DNA of 64,000 bases from an uncultured Candidatus Binatia bacterium. Lineage in GTDB: Bacteria; Desulfobacterota; Binatia; Bin18. Location: positions 1,952,001 to 2,016,000 of the forward strand of contig OZ243961.1 in assembly GCA_965214605.1 (NCBI GenBank), written 5' to 3'. The translations under genes and the position numbers were made by a program. Positions 10,320 to 20,970 of this stretch are shown one piece after another; position 1 is the stretch's first letter; each line of letters begins with the position of its first letter. The notes under the pieces are model-generated. The model was not told the origin of the DNA, searched no databases, and saw nothing but the letters and a program-made list of their open reading frames with translations.

Positions 10320-10570
10320 GAGAATGTCGGTATTGTACTTCTGTCCGGCAGCGAGCTGTGAACGAGCCAAACAGGAGACCGTTCACTACTTGTCAACAGA
10401 GTACAACCACACCCTTGATCACCTAGTCGACAAGTACCGTGCGCCGGGCCCGGTCTCCGAGTGTCCGGCGGCCATTGAACGCTATGTCGAAGCTGGAGTG
10501 CGGCACCTCAACCTTATTCCGATTTGCCCTCCGCCGGCGGTTGTGGATCACTTACGCCGGTTCCGCCGAC
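10320..10570 (+). pseudogene. C-terminal remnant of an LLM-class flavin oxidoreductase
   Basis: YLSTEYNHTLDHLVDKY...GPVSECPAAIERYVEAGVRHLNL matches an LLM C-terminus; no N-terminal domain in frame. Confidence 0.55.
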
Positions 10571-10694
10571 GGCCCGTTTTCGACCGTCCAAAAACTCATC
10601 AATATCCTCAGCGCTCGACCGCTCCGGTCAAGCCTTTTGTTTCAAGCCGAGACAATGCTATACAGATCGTACTTACGAGAAGGAGGGACGACTT

Positions 10695-11696
10695 ATGGCA
10701 AAAGACTTTACCATCTGCGTGGGAACAGTCGGGGCGGGCGTGTGGTACAGTTCGAACGGTGGGGACAACTGGCGTAGGAGCAAAATGAAACTGCCCTTTG
10801 CCGATGAACCTGGTGAAATCCAAATCCGGGCCTTAGCCGTCTCGCCCCACGACCCGAACCAACTCTATGCCGGCTCTGAGGCTGGCCTCTACCGCAGTGA
10901 GGACCGTGGTGCCAGCTGGACCTATATTGAGTCACCGATGTACGGCAAGCAAATCTGGTCGGTGGCTGTGAGCCCGGACGATCCAAACGAGGTGTGGGCC
11001 GGCACCAAACCGCCGGCTGTGTATCACACCAAAGACGGTGGTCAGACCTGGAAACAGGCTCCGGTCGAGACGGCTCAGGAATGCCTAGCCGGTGCCCCCA
11101 AGATTACCGCCATCATGTTTGATCCTCGGGACTCTAAAACGATTTGGATTGGGGTTGAGATTGACGGCGTATATCGTAGCCAGGACGGCGGTGAGACTTG
11201 GGAGCGTCTGCCGGACTTGGGCGACAGCATCCTCAACCAAGATGTCCACGGCCTGACCATCAGCAATGGGCCGGAGCCAAAGGTTTTGGTTGCGACACCG
11301 GACGGTATTTGGTCCAGTCCTAACGAGGGCAAAAACTGGGATCTGCACGGCTTTCCACGTTTTTACGAAAAAGACAAGATCTCCTACTGTCGCGGTGTTG
11401 CCGTCAAACCCGACGACCCGGATACGATCTTTGTTGGGAACGGTGATTTTGTGCCGGGTAAGATCGGGGCTATCCAGCGTTCAACTGATGGGGGGAGAAC
11501 CTGGAAAGCGGCTGAGGTGTCGGCCACACCGAACTCGACGATCTACTGGTTTGGCACGCATTCGGCCGACCCGAACATCATCGTGGCCAATAGTCTGCAC
11601 GGCTATGTGTATACCAGCACAGACGGTGGCGCCTCGTGGGAAAAGGTCGAGCGTGAATTTGGTGAGATTCGGGCCATCGCTTGGACGCCAAACTAA
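10695..11696 (+). CDS. BNR/Asp-box beta-propeller protein (no obvious signal peptide)
   Basis: Seven Asp-box-like motifs (SSNGGDNW, SEDRGASW, TKDGGQTW, SQDGGETW, SPNEGKNW, STDGGRTW, STDGGASW); AGGAGG RBS before ATG 10695. Confidence 0.88.
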   Translation: MAKDFTICVGTVGAGVWYSSNGGDNWRRSKMKLPFADEPGEIQIRALAVSPHDPNQLYAGSEAGLYRSEDRGASWTYIESPMYGKQIWSVAVSPDDPNEVWAGTKPPAVYHTKDGGQTWKQAPVETAQECLAGAPKITAIMFDPRDSKTIWIGVEIDGVYRSQDGGETWERLPDLGDSILNQDVHGLTISNGPEPKVLVATPDGIWSSPNEGKNWDLHGFPRFYEKDKISYCRGVAVKPDDPDTIFVGNGDFVPGKIGAIQRSTDGGRTWKAAEVSATPNSTIYWFGTHSADPNIIVANSLHGYVYTSTDGGASWEKVEREFGEIRAIAWTPN

Positions 11697-11829
11697 AAAT
11701 CACTCCAGAGGCCACGGGAAGCCGCGGCCTCTTAGGCTTGAGGCGGAAATAAATCAGGATCTTTTGGTTCTCCAACGAAGGAAGATAGCAAGGAGCGGTT
11801 CGTGGAGCCGGGGTCAAGAGGAGGAATAC

Positions 11830-12198
11830 ATGCCCGCAGGACACACATACAGTTTTAACCATCGCCATCTGATCGTTGACGATGTGCCAAAGACCGTCGC
11901 ATTCTACCAGGACGCCCTGGGAGCCACGAAAATCCAGGAGCTGGAGTTTCGCGGGATCCCGATTGTCCGCCTGGAGATGGACGGCCTTCCGCTGACGATC
12001 TCAAAGCAAATCCACGCCGGGGTAGGTGATCATATCGGCCTGGCCGTCGATGATTTTGAGGCGGCAATCGCCGGGCTGCGTGACAGAGGTGTAGAGTTCA
12101 TCGTCGAGCCGACAGATATGGGCTTTGCCAAGTTTGCCTTTATTAAAGACGCGGCCGGCACTACGCTGGAAGTTATCCAGTTTATGGACCAAAACTGA
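11830..12198 (+). CDS. VOC/glyoxalase family protein
   Basis: FNHRHLIVDD...FYQDALGA...DHIGLAVDD...FIKDAAGTTLEV; GAGGA RBS. Confidence 0.88.
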   Translation: MPAGHTYSFNHRHLIVDDVPKTVAFYQDALGATKIQELEFRGIPIVRLEMDGLPLTISKQIHAGVGDHIGLAVDDFEAAIAGLRDRGVEFIVEPTDMGFAKFAFIKDAAGTTLEVIQFMDQN

Positions 12199-12215
12199 TC
12201 TAGGGAGAACACACT

Positions 12216-13121
12216 ATGGCAAGCATTCCGCTCAGCGAGGTTGAAATCTTCGGCAGAGGCGCTCTGCAGGTCGAGGATGTGGTGATCGACAAGGACGGCT
12301 TTGTATACGGCGGTGGCCGTAACGGTATCATGTACAAGGTCAGTCCTGACGGACGGGTCAGCGAGTTGGTGAAGCTGCCCGAAGGGTCCATTCCAAACGG
12401 GGTGACCATGGACAGAAATGGTGATCTGATCTATTGCGACCTAGGCAAACAAGCCGTGATGCGGGTAACTCAGGCCGGCCAGGTGTCGATGGTTGCCGAC
12501 CGGGTCGGCGACGTGAAACTGACCCTACCGAACTTTGCGACCTACGACGCCGAGGGCAATCTGTTTGTATCGAACACGAGCACGGCCGATATCAATACCG
12601 TGCTACCCGAGCTGTCAAGCCCGGCGCCCAACGGTGCCCTGGTGTGTATCCGACCGAATGGAAAAAACGAAGTCGTGGCAACCGGCATTTATGCCGCCAA
12701 CGGGACGGCGATCGACCCCCAAGAGGAAGCCGTGTACGTCTTGGAGAGCTCGCGGGACGACTGTTTGCGCATCGCCCTGAAAAAGGACGGCACGTTTGGC
12801 CCAGCCGAGATCTACTCACAAAACTTTCCCTCACTGCCGGACGGCCTGGCCTTCGATACGGATGGGGTGATGTACGTTACCTTGCCCGGCCGAGCCCAGG
12901 ACGGTGCGCTAGCCCTCACTAACCAGATTATCCGAGTCGACACCAACGGCGAGTGGACCCTGATGATCGATGACCCGGAAGGCCAAAAGTTGGTTGCCCC
13001 AACGAACTGCGGCTTTGGCGGGCCGGGGCTGCAAGATCTGTACTTTGCCAACCTTGAGAGCGATCACTTCAGCCGGATACACACCAATGTGAATGGCCAC
13101 CCGCTCTACCATCAGCGCTAA
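12216..13121 (+). CDS. SMP-30/gluconolactonase/LRE family propeller
   Basis: EDVVID, PNG, PNF...DAEGNL, ANG, LPDGLAFD, PTNCGFGG motifs. Confidence 0.9.
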   Translation: MASIPLSEVEIFGRGALQVEDVVIDKDGFVYGGGRNGIMYKVSPDGRVSELVKLPEGSIPNGVTMDRNGDLIYCDLGKQAVMRVTQAGQVSMVADRVGDVKLTLPNFATYDAEGNLFVSNTSTADINTVLPELSSPAPNGALVCIRPNGKNEVVATGIYAANGTAIDPQEEAVYVLESSRDDCLRIALKKDGTFGPAEIYSQNFPSLPDGLAFDTDGVMYVTLPGRAQDGALALTNQIIRVDTNGEWTLMIDDPEGQKLVAPTNCGFGGPGLQDLYFANLESDHFSRIHTNVNGHPLYHQR

Positions 13122-13519
13122 GATTCGACTGTATGCCGTATGTTCCCCCCGCGACAGGAGGGAGCTGGTTCCTGCCGCCTCTCCGTCACAAAGCGCGCTT
13201 CAGCGACACTTGGGGATGACCGCGCCCAGGCCCATCAAGGATCTGACTGTGACGTGGTCAATCAGCCCACCCTGTTTGAAACAGCAGATAAACTCGGTGG
13301 TCTGGAACTCTTCCTAGAGTGCCTTGACCGGATCGCTACAGGAGGCTGGAGCGCCACAGTCCCCCAAATTTTCTCAACCCCCTCATCAGACGTCCGCTCA
13401 ATACGTTCCTAGGAGCTGTTTATGCACCTCATCCCATCGCTCTTAATCATTGCCCTGGCTTAAGGACCTCACCTACCCTCAAAAAGTGCATCAGACGCTC
13501 TTCCCCGGCGCGCCTAGAC

Positions 13520-14180
13520 CCGACTATCTGACACATGGACCGGAAAGGCCGGTCCCTTGTTCTGCTTGACCCCGGTCGATAGCGAGCCACGCGGCATGAC
13601 TAGATAGTCGCACAGCTTGTCGGGTGGCTTTATCAGGAGTGAGACAAAAGATCGGCAGACCCTCTTCCCCAGCCAGCAAAGGCATCCAGAGGCAACAGTA
13701 CGAACCGGCGGATGGGGTTTCCGGACCGGCTTGGGAGTCAGGGGCTGATTTTGGACCTGAGAATACTTGCAGGAGGTCAGCTTATCGCTCGGCCAGTCGT
13801 GATAATTGCATCTAGGTATTCTCCCAACTCTTCTCGTGGGACACGCTGTAGCCGGAGAACTATACCGGCACAGCACCCCAACCGTCCTCGAACCCAAAAA
13901 ACGGCCATCGCTGAGTCCATCGGCCGTGGTCGCGCCCTTGGGGCCATTTTGATCGGTCCACGCAGGGACAGGGTCGTCACCGTGGAGCCAAGCCGAATCC
14001 GCTTCGGGCGCTGAGCTGCGGATGACAGCAGCATCCCCGGGGAAGGGAGACACGAAATACCGAGAATGAAACGGAGTTCCTCCAGCCAGACGGGGTGTCT
14101 AGCCCTAACTCGTCGCCCGGTTCAAGCCGGGCCCAGCATACCTTCAAGCACCTTGGTTCTCCCATTGTGGGTCGGTGCAT
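13520..14180 (-). pseudogene. LLM-class flavin-dependent oxidoreductase pseudogene
   Basis: Frameshifted fragments ELGLDT, MLLSSAAQRPKRIRLGSTVTTLSL, DGLSDGR, PKPVRKPHPPV. Confidence 0.7.
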
Positions 14181-14238
14181 TGATTAAAAAATCCAAAACG
14201 CACTCTTCTCTGCTGTGTGTTTCAGCGAGTGCACCGTC

Positions 14239-15000
14239 CTAGCTCCGTAACCGTGCATACACATCACCCGAGGTCCCATCCAGCGGGAGGCTTTCAAGCT
14301 GAGCCGCCATGTCACCAGGGCTGAGCCACGAGACTGACTGCAGGCGGTAGGATTCGCCTAGGGCCGCCGGTTTCCAGTTAAACTCATACGCTCCCAAACG
14401 GCATAAGCGCTCAATACAGCCCAGCGCGGTGTCCATGGCAGCCGGAATGTACTCAAAGGAGAGGGCAGGCAGTGGCTGTGACAGACCGCGCAGTACTTCC
14501 AGTTCGTATCCCTCGACGTCAATCTTGCAAAACGCCGGCCTCCCGTACTCGGCGATAAGGCAGTCAAGCGTCGTCACCGACACGGCAACGCTGGTATCCC
14601 AGCGCACCCAGGCGAAAGAGTCGACGCGTTGAACGGTGTCGATCCACTCCTGGGACAGAGTTGTCACCGTCGGGGTACGTTGGCTCACAAACAGCTCCTG
14701 CGCACCAGGGATCGAGCCCACCGCCTGTTCGACCAGGGTGATGGACGGATGATGCCGGTAGCAGCGCTTCAAAAAACGCATACAGGCGGGTTGGGGCTCA
14801 ACCCCGATAATTCGCGCGCCCAGGCGAGACCAGACCCGCATCTGGTTGCCAACATGGGCACCAATGTCAAAACACAGATCACCAGCCTGGATAAACTGGG
14901 TGTAGAAGCGGGCTAACTGGCGGCTGCGAAAGGGAATCATGTAATACATGAGCAGCGAGCGCAGCATACCCAGCTGTCCCGCGCCTAGGCCAAAGCGCAT
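14239..15000 (-). CDS. FkbM family SAM-dependent methyltransferase
   Basis: FDIGAHVG...GVEPQP; TLD...PAFCKIDVEGYELEVLRG...FEY. Confidence 0.9.
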   Translation of the reverse strand: MRFGLGAGQLGMLRSLLMYYMIPFRSRQLARFYTQFIQAGDLCFDIGAHVGNQMRVWSRLGARIIGVEPQPACMRFLKRCYRHHPSITLVEQAVGSIPGAQELFVSQRTPTVTTLSQEWIDTVQRVDSFAWVRWDTSVAVSVTTLDCLIAEYGRPAFCKIDVEGYELEVLRGLSQPLPALSFEYIPAAMDTALGCIERLCRLGAYEFNWKPAALGESYRLQSVSWLSPGDMAAQLESLPLDGTSGDVYARLRS

Positions 15001-15099
15001 CCCAATTTCCTCCTAGTTTACTCCTGAGGCATGCCCATATCGGGGTCGTCCCCGGGGACGGCGCCCTCCCCTTGCGCGCCCTGTTCCCGAATCCGCTCG

Positions 15100-15660
15100 G
15101 ACGGCTTACTCGGTTCTGGAACAACCCAAAAATAAAACACCAGGGCTGCCACCAAGAGCACCCGGGTAGGGACCAAAAAGGATGTGTCCAATCCCCGAGC
15201 GCGGCGACCAAAAATCCGGGCCTTCTTGGTCCAAAGATCCCCGCGAAATTCCCCATTCCATTCATCGTGGCGACCGGCTACAGCGTCTGTCCCAGGGGTA
15301 CACCGGACAGGCTTATAGTCAGCACCCGCCCGTATTCATGACATGGAAACCAGCGTGAGGCCAGTACCGTGTGGGACGGAAAACTGACCGCTTCGAACAG
15401 GACAACGCTGAAACGGAGGGCCCACATCAGGCCCAAGGCCAACGCGCCGAGCAGCGTCAACGCAGTAAAAACGGAAAAGCCGATACACAACGCCGCCAAC
15501 ACCCGACCCCTATTCCAGCGGTCGGCCAGCCGGGAATCTGCACTAGGGTGCAGCCACTGAGAACGGCCGAAAAGAGAGGGCCAAAGGGGGCCTTATCCCA
15601 ACCTAGAGCGAGCATCACGACTGGGCGGCGGAGTTGATCATGCTGCCATGGCTCGCAGGC
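15100..15660 (-). pseudogene. MFS transporter pseudogene
   Basis: Fragments QIPGW, FSVFTALT, RFSVVLFEAVSFP...SRWFP, MNGMGNFAGIFGP; frameshifts and apparent large internal loss. Confidence 0.7.
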
Positions 15661-15742
15661 CAACCGGTCGGTAACGAACGAGCCAGGCCATAGTTTCCCT
15701 TCTTATTGGCTCTCCACGATCTGCTAGGCCAACAACTAGAGC

Positions 15743-15852
15743 CTACGCCAACTCGGCAGGTGCGGTCAAAAGAAAACACCTGGCCGGACCGCACCAGTTG
15801 TGCCCAGGTGAGCGGCTACTCCAACTCGGCAGGTGCGGTCAAAAGAAAACAC
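15743..15852. repeat. 37-bp direct repeat pair (1 mismatch) with a 36-nt intervening segment containing a partial inverted copy
   Basis: CTAC(G/T)CCAACTCGGCAGGTGCGGTCAAAAGAAAACAC at 15743-15779 and 15816-15852. Confidence 0.85.
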
Positions 15853-16032
15853 GGCTCCCAGACTACGCCTGAATGTATGCATATAAGTTCGTTATTGGAG
15901 TGAGACTTGCCTGGGACCACACTGGAGAGATGGGAGGCTGATGTAATGCTTGATTCTGGCTCACAGACCCAGTAATAACGGGACTAACACGCTTGCGGCC
16001 GTCTGGAGAGGTCCAGGCAAAAGGAGGAAGCT

Positions 16033-17772
16033 ATGGCAGAGTTTGATGTGGTGATTAAAGAGGGCACGATTATCGACGGAACGAAGGTCCCGCGCTACCG
16101 TGCCGATCTGGGGATCAAGAATGGCAAGGTGGCCAAAATCGGCCGACTGCAAACCAGCGACGCGAGTCGCGTCATTGATGCCAGCGGGCTGATTGTCGCC
16201 CCAGGAGCAATTGATCTGCATACTCACTATGATGCCCAGATCCACTGGGACCCCTACTGCACGATCGGCAGCTGGCACGGGATTACATCGGTGACGCTAG
16301 GCAACTGCGGGTTCGGCTTTGCCCCGCTCCGAGCCAAGGATGCTGAGCGGGCGATGCTGGCATTGTCGCGCAATGAGGCGATTCCGCTCGAACCGATGCA
16401 AGTCTCAATCAAGGTAGACTGGGAGACGTTTCCCCAGTATATGGACCGCCTGGAGCGGCTCCCTCTGGGGGTCAACATCTCCCAGCTGTTTCCAGTTTCG
16501 CCGGCCGTGGCGTATGAGATGGGCGGCTTTGACGAGGCAAAAAAACGCCTGCCGAATGTCCAGGATATGGAGCGCATCCTGAAACACTTCCACGGGGCGA
16601 TGCAGGCCGGAGCGGCCGGCTGGTCGACCCAGCGGCTGGTCTCGCGTGGAGCCCTACAGCGCGACTATGACGGCACGCCAATGATCTCGGACATCCTGCC
16701 TGAGGATTTCTATTTGACCATGGCCCGCGAGCTGGGCAAAAGCGGTGGTGACGGCTTTATCCAAATTACGCAGTCCACGGTTGAGGCCGATCAGTCAGCC
16801 TTTGGCACTAATAGTGATATCGATTTTAGTGCCCAGATGGCCTCGGAGAGTGGCTGTTCGGTGTTATTCAACGCCATTGTGGTCAACGACCGCTTCCCCG
16901 AAGTTCACCAGGCCCAGCTGCAGCGCATTGCCGAGCATAACGCTAAGGGACGCCGGGTGCTAGGACAGGGCCTGACCACCCGCATGCCGGCGCGGCTGAC
17001 TCTGGAAGACTGGAACCTGTTTGACGACAGCGAGGCCTGGCGTAACGCGACGGTCGGCACCGTGGAGGAGCGCAAAGCTAAACTGTCTGACCCGCAAACG
17101 CGCAAGGCTCTCCAGCAGGACTTCGACAGCCCCAAATCGAGCGACTTTCTGTTTGGTGAGCTGCCCAAGTTTATAGCCCGCAAGGTGCGTCGGCCCGACC
17201 TCAAAGACACCTACGAGGGCTTGTCAATCACCCAGATTGCTGAGCGGGAGAATAAACACCCGATCGACGCCATGCTCGACCTGTCGGTGGCCGACGACCT
17301 CAGGACCGAATGGGCCGGGCCAGTTACCGCGGCCAATGTAGAAAACTTTAAGGATCTGATGGAATCACCTTACGTGCTGCCCGGCGTGTCGGACGGCGGG
17401 GCGCACGTCAAGTTTATCACGCCGTCCATCTATCCGACTGAGGTGTTGGCCTGGATGTCACGCGACGCCGGGCTGCTGAGCCTGGAGGAGGCGCACTTTC
17501 GACTGAGCGGGTTGATGGCGTGGGCGTCGTGCATCAAAGATCGGGGAACGCTCCGTGAGGGCCAGGCCGCAGATATCATCATCTACGATCTAGACAAGCT
17601 CAACGCCCTGCCCGACGAGATCGTCCACGATCTGCCGGCTGGCGAGTGGCGGCGGGTGCAGCGGGCTGAGGGTTATCGCTACGTCATGGTCAACGGCGAG
17701 CCGATTTTTGAAGATGGCAACTGCACCGGGGCGATGCCGGGCAAACTGCTGCGCAACGGCCAGGCGGGTTAA
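16033..17772 (+). CDS. N-acyl-D-amino-acid deacylase-type amidohydrolase
   Basis: APGAIDLHTHYDAQ, GNCGFGFAP, SDGGAH, DRGTLREG..ADI motifs; AGGAGG RBS. Confidence 0.92.
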   Translation: MAEFDVVIKEGTIIDGTKVPRYRADLGIKNGKVAKIGRLQTSDASRVIDASGLIVAPGAIDLHTHYDAQIHWDPYCTIGSWHGITSVTLGNCGFGFAPLRAKDAERAMLALSRNEAIPLEPMQVSIKVDWETFPQYMDRLERLPLGVNISQLFPVSPAVAYEMGGFDEAKKRLPNVQDMERILKHFHGAMQAGAAGWSTQRLVSRGALQRDYDGTPMISDILPEDFYLTMARELGKSGGDGFIQITQSTVEADQSAFGTNSDIDFSAQMASESGCSVLFNAIVVNDRFPEVHQAQLQRIAEHNAKGRRVLGQGLTTRMPARLTLEDWNLFDDSEAWRNATVGTVEERKAKLSDPQTRKALQQDFDSPKSSDFLFGELPKFIARKVRRPDLKDTYEGLSITQIAERENKHPIDAMLDLSVADDLRTEWAGPVTAANVENFKDLMESPYVLPGVSDGGAHVKFITPSIYPTEVLAWMSRDAGLLSLEEAHFRLSGLMAWASCIKDRGTLREGQAADIIIYDLDKLNALPDEIVHDLPAGEWRRVQRAEGYRYVMVNGEPIFEDGNCTGAMPGKLLRNGQAG

Positions 17773-17841
17773 CGAGAAGAGTGCTCAGATTCTCTCCCGT
17801 CCATCCCTAGGGAGATTATGCCTCTGGGGAGGAGGAACGAT

Positions 17842-18810
17842 ATGGACATGACAAGTCGGTTAGATCCAGAACTGGCAGATCCACTGGACGCCTGGCTCAA
17901 GGCCACCGGAGGCGGGATAAAACTACACGACATTCCAGCCGCACGGCGGATGATGGACGAACTGGTAGCGGCGCAAATGGCCAAGGCGCCGCCAATCGAG
18001 GGGATCAACTCCGAGGACCATCAGGCGCCTGGTTCTGAAGGTGGACCCGATGTCTTTGTTCGGGTTTACCAGCCTGACGATCGACCAGCCAGCGTGCCTG
18101 CTCTGCTGTGGATCCACGGCGGCGGCTATGTCCTGGGCAGCGTTGAACGGGACGATTTCTTGGCCAAACACCTGTCCAGAGTTGGGCAGTGCCTGGTGGC
18201 CTCTGTCGAGTATCGGCTGGCTCCCGAGCACCCCTTCCCAGCTCCGGTCGAGGACTGTTACGCTGCCCTTAAGTGGCTGGCAACCCACAGTGAAGACTTC
18301 GGGGTCGATCAGTCACGGATCGCCATCGGCGGAGCGAGCGCGGGTGGAGGCCTAGCGGCTGGCCTAGCCTTGCTGACTCGCGACCGAGCCGAGATTAATC
18401 TCTGCTTTCAGCTGCTGATCTATCCTATGATTGACGACCGCAACATTGCCGCCGCCAGCCAGACACGGCCGGATACCTTGGTGTGGAGCCGGGAGAACAA
18501 CCTGATGGGCTGGCGCGCTTATCTTGGTCATGAACCGGGCGGGCCGGAGGTGTCTCCGTATGCCGCTGCGGCCCGGGCAACCGACCTGAGCGGCTTACCG
18601 CCGGCCTATATTCCGGTCGGCGACCTCGACCTTTTCCTGGATGAGAATGTGACCTACGCGCAACGGCTGCTGGCGGCCGAAGTCCCAACCGAACTGCACG
18701 TCTATCCGGGTGCCTTCCACGGCTTTAACGGTTTTGTGCCCAGCGCTCATATCTCACAACGCTTTAACACCGAGCGCGACAATACCCTCAGGCGTATGCT
18801 CCACCACTAA
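17842..18810 (+). CDS. Alpha/beta hydrolase, HSL-type esterase/lipase
   Basis: HGGG oxyanion motif, YRLAPEHPFPA, GASAGG nucleophile, DLF, HGF catalytic His; start chosen after GGAGG RBS. Confidence 0.92.
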   Translation: MDMTSRLDPELADPLDAWLKATGGGIKLHDIPAARRMMDELVAAQMAKAPPIEGINSEDHQAPGSEGGPDVFVRVYQPDDRPASVPALLWIHGGGYVLGSVERDDFLAKHLSRVGQCLVASVEYRLAPEHPFPAPVEDCYAALKWLATHSEDFGVDQSRIAIGGASAGGGLAAGLALLTRDRAEINLCFQLLIYPMIDDRNIAAASQTRPDTLVWSRENNLMGWRAYLGHEPGGPEVSPYAAAARATDLSGLPPAYIPVGDLDLFLDENVTYAQRLLAAEVPTELHVYPGAFHGFNGFVPSAHISQRFNTERDNTLRRMLHH

Positions 18811-18821
18811 CTGAGATTATC

Positions 18822-18858
18822 GTCACCCCCTGCCGAGTGAGCGCAGTCAGGGGGTGAC
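18822..18858 (+). terminator. Stem-loop after the esterase gene, putative terminator
   Basis: GTCACCCCCTG / CAGGGGGTGAC 11-bp inverted repeat; weak U-tract. Confidence 0.5.
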
Positions 18859-19628
18859 ACTCTCTGTGCGTACAGATGAAGTGAGGCAAGTGCATTTCGC
18901 CTGTGAATTAATACTTTATCAAATCCTCTCGTCCTTGGACGCTCTTCGAGGGCGTAAAGCGATTCTAGGTAATCGGAGCCGAAACCTGACAGCCGCCCCA
19001 AGCCCAAGGAAGGAAGACAATCAGGCAGGGGTACGAGTGCTAAAGAGGGCCCACATTAGACCAGAATCAGATCAGGATTGTGCTTCTTAATCGAAGGCAT
19101 CCAAGCATTACAGATTCTTACAATTGAGAGGACGTTTAGAACTCGACCAATTGGTAAAATGAATAGTGAGTTGAACGAGTCGGATAGGAGCACCATCAAG
19201 AAAGGCGTCCAAAAATACATGCAGACGGAGTGAGAAGAGAAACAGAGCAAGTCCCCTCCTTCTGAGGCAGGGATACTCAGGAGGACGAAGGAAGGGTCAG
19301 ACACTCGTACGGAGAACGGGCAGGGACTCTTTCCCGTGGTTTGGGACGCTAGCATCCGGGACCACCAAAACGAGAATTAGGGCTCGTCACGTTTGGGTAT
19401 AATTTCCCAATTCTCTGTCTGCAGGAAGCTCCACCCGCTTTTTACAGCCCGTGGGGGATTGCTCACGGGCTAGGGAATACACGAACCGCCCTTTTGCATT
19501 CCCTTCAAAAGGGATTAAGACCTGATTTCTTGCGGTCAAGTACAACTGCGTCCATCACCTCCCCCATTCGGGAGCGTCTCCCACTTAGAAAAACGCCACC
19601 CTATGAACTGAAACGAGAGACCCGGCCA

Positions 19629-20858
19629 TCATATCCGCTCGATAATCGACGCAATCCCCATTCCACCACCAATACACATAGTGACAAGCCCAGTGGTTTT
19701 ATCCTGACGCTCAAGTTCGTCGAGCATGGTTCCTATCAGCATACTCCCCGTTGCACCGAGCGGGTGACCAAGCGCGATCGCACCGCCGTTAACGTTGACC
19801 TTGTCCGGGTCAATGTCACAGTCTTTCATAACCTTCAGCGGCACCGAGGCAAACGCCTCATTGATCTCAACCAGATCAATGTCTTTGATTGTCATACCGG
19901 CTTTCTTGAGCGCCCGTTTGGTAGCCGGGACCGGTGCCGTCAGCATGATAATCGGCTCAGCACCGGCCGTTGCGGTGGCCACAATCCGGGCACGAGGTTT
20001 CATGCTATGGCTGCGCGCATAGGCTGGCGAGGCCAGCAACAGCGCCCCTGCTCCATCGACAATACCGGAAGAGTTTCCAGCGTGGTGGACGTGGTTGATG
20101 TGGTCAAGCTCAGTGTAGCGTGACAGAGCTTTTTGGTCGAAACTCAACGTATCGCCCTTTTGCACGTATTTGCCGAGTTCGGCGAATGAGGGCGGTAGTG
20201 TGGACAGCCCCTCCAGAGTCGTACTTGGGCGTGGATGCTCATCGTGTTCGAGCACGACCTTACCCGTGGCGTCACGAACTGGAATCAGGCTCTTGGTGAG
20301 ACGCCCCTCTTGGTGAGCTCGGGCGTAGCGCTGTTGGCTCGACAGCGCAAACCGGTCGCAGTCTTCACGGCTGAAGCCCTCAATGGTGGCGATCAAATCA
20401 CCCGAGATACCCTGCTGGACAAGCGGGTGGAGCCGACGCAGCTTTCGATTATGCCCGTCGATACCACCCCGGTCGGCGTTCATCGGCACGCGAGACATGG
20501 CTTCTACACCGCCGGCAACGACTAGATCTTGCTCCCCGGACTTAATACCCATGGCCGCAAAGTTGACCGCCTGTTGGCCCGATCCGCAGAAGCGGTTAAT
20601 CGTCACGCCGGTTGAATCGTTCGGCCATTCCGCAGCCAGCACCGACATACGGGCGATACACATAGCTTGTTCGCCGTAAGCGGTGACACACCCGACTAGC
20701 ACGTCTTCGACATCCAGCGGGTTGACCTGATTGCGGTCCTTGATGGCGTTCAGCGTCTGAGCCATCAGTTCCTGGGGGTGAATGGTGGCCAGTGCGCCGT
20801 CTTTTTTGCCCCGTCCACGAGGAGTTCGAACTGCGTCAATAATCCATGCTTCGCCCAT
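19629..20858 (-). CDS. Acetyl-CoA C-acetyltransferase (thiolase)
   Basis: DAVRTP, NRFCGSG (catalytic Cys), [29 protein letters not shown]; GGAGG RBS before ATG 20858. Confidence 0.95.
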   Translation of the reverse strand: MGEAWIIDAVRTPRGRGKKDGALATIHPQELMAQTLNAIKDRNQVNPLDVEDVLVGCVTAYGEQAMCIARMSVLAAEWPNDSTGVTINRFCGSGQQAVNFAAMGIKSGEQDLVVAGGVEAMSRVPMNADRGGIDGHNRKLRRLHPLVQQGISGDLIATIEGFSREDCDRFALSSQQRYARAHQEGRLTKSLIPVRDATGKVVLEHDEHPRPSTTLEGLSTLPPSFAELGKYVQKGDTLSFDQKALSRYTELDHINHVHHAGNSSGIVDGAGALLLASPAYARSHSMKPRARIVATATAGAEPIIMLTAPVPATKRALKKAGMTIKDIDLVEINEAFASVPLKVMKDCDIDPDKVNVNGGAIALGHPLGATGSMLIGTMLDELERQDKTTGLVTMCIGGGMGIASIIERI

Positions 20859-20970
20859 GGTTTCCTCCATATATGTCCTGGTGGGAATTTCAGCCAAGCC
20901 GCAAGGTCAGAAGCGGGGATGGCGAGTCATGAAACGATACTCCTGACACGCCACCGCCGTCGTCGTCTGC

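Noticed and set aside
10524-10694. Long N-terminal extensions in the ORF track (also at 6749, 7188, 11266, 47889, 50076, 55239)
   Set aside because: Family homology begins at downstream ATGs, most of which have clear RBSs; the extensions are open-frame run-ins.
15743-15852. CRISPR array call
   Set aside because: Only two repeats, the spacer is partly complementary to the repeat, and no cas genes are in the window; kept as a repeat only.
18860-19620. Lower-GC intergenic stretch with short ORFs
   Set aside because: No recognisable protein, RNA or repeat structure.
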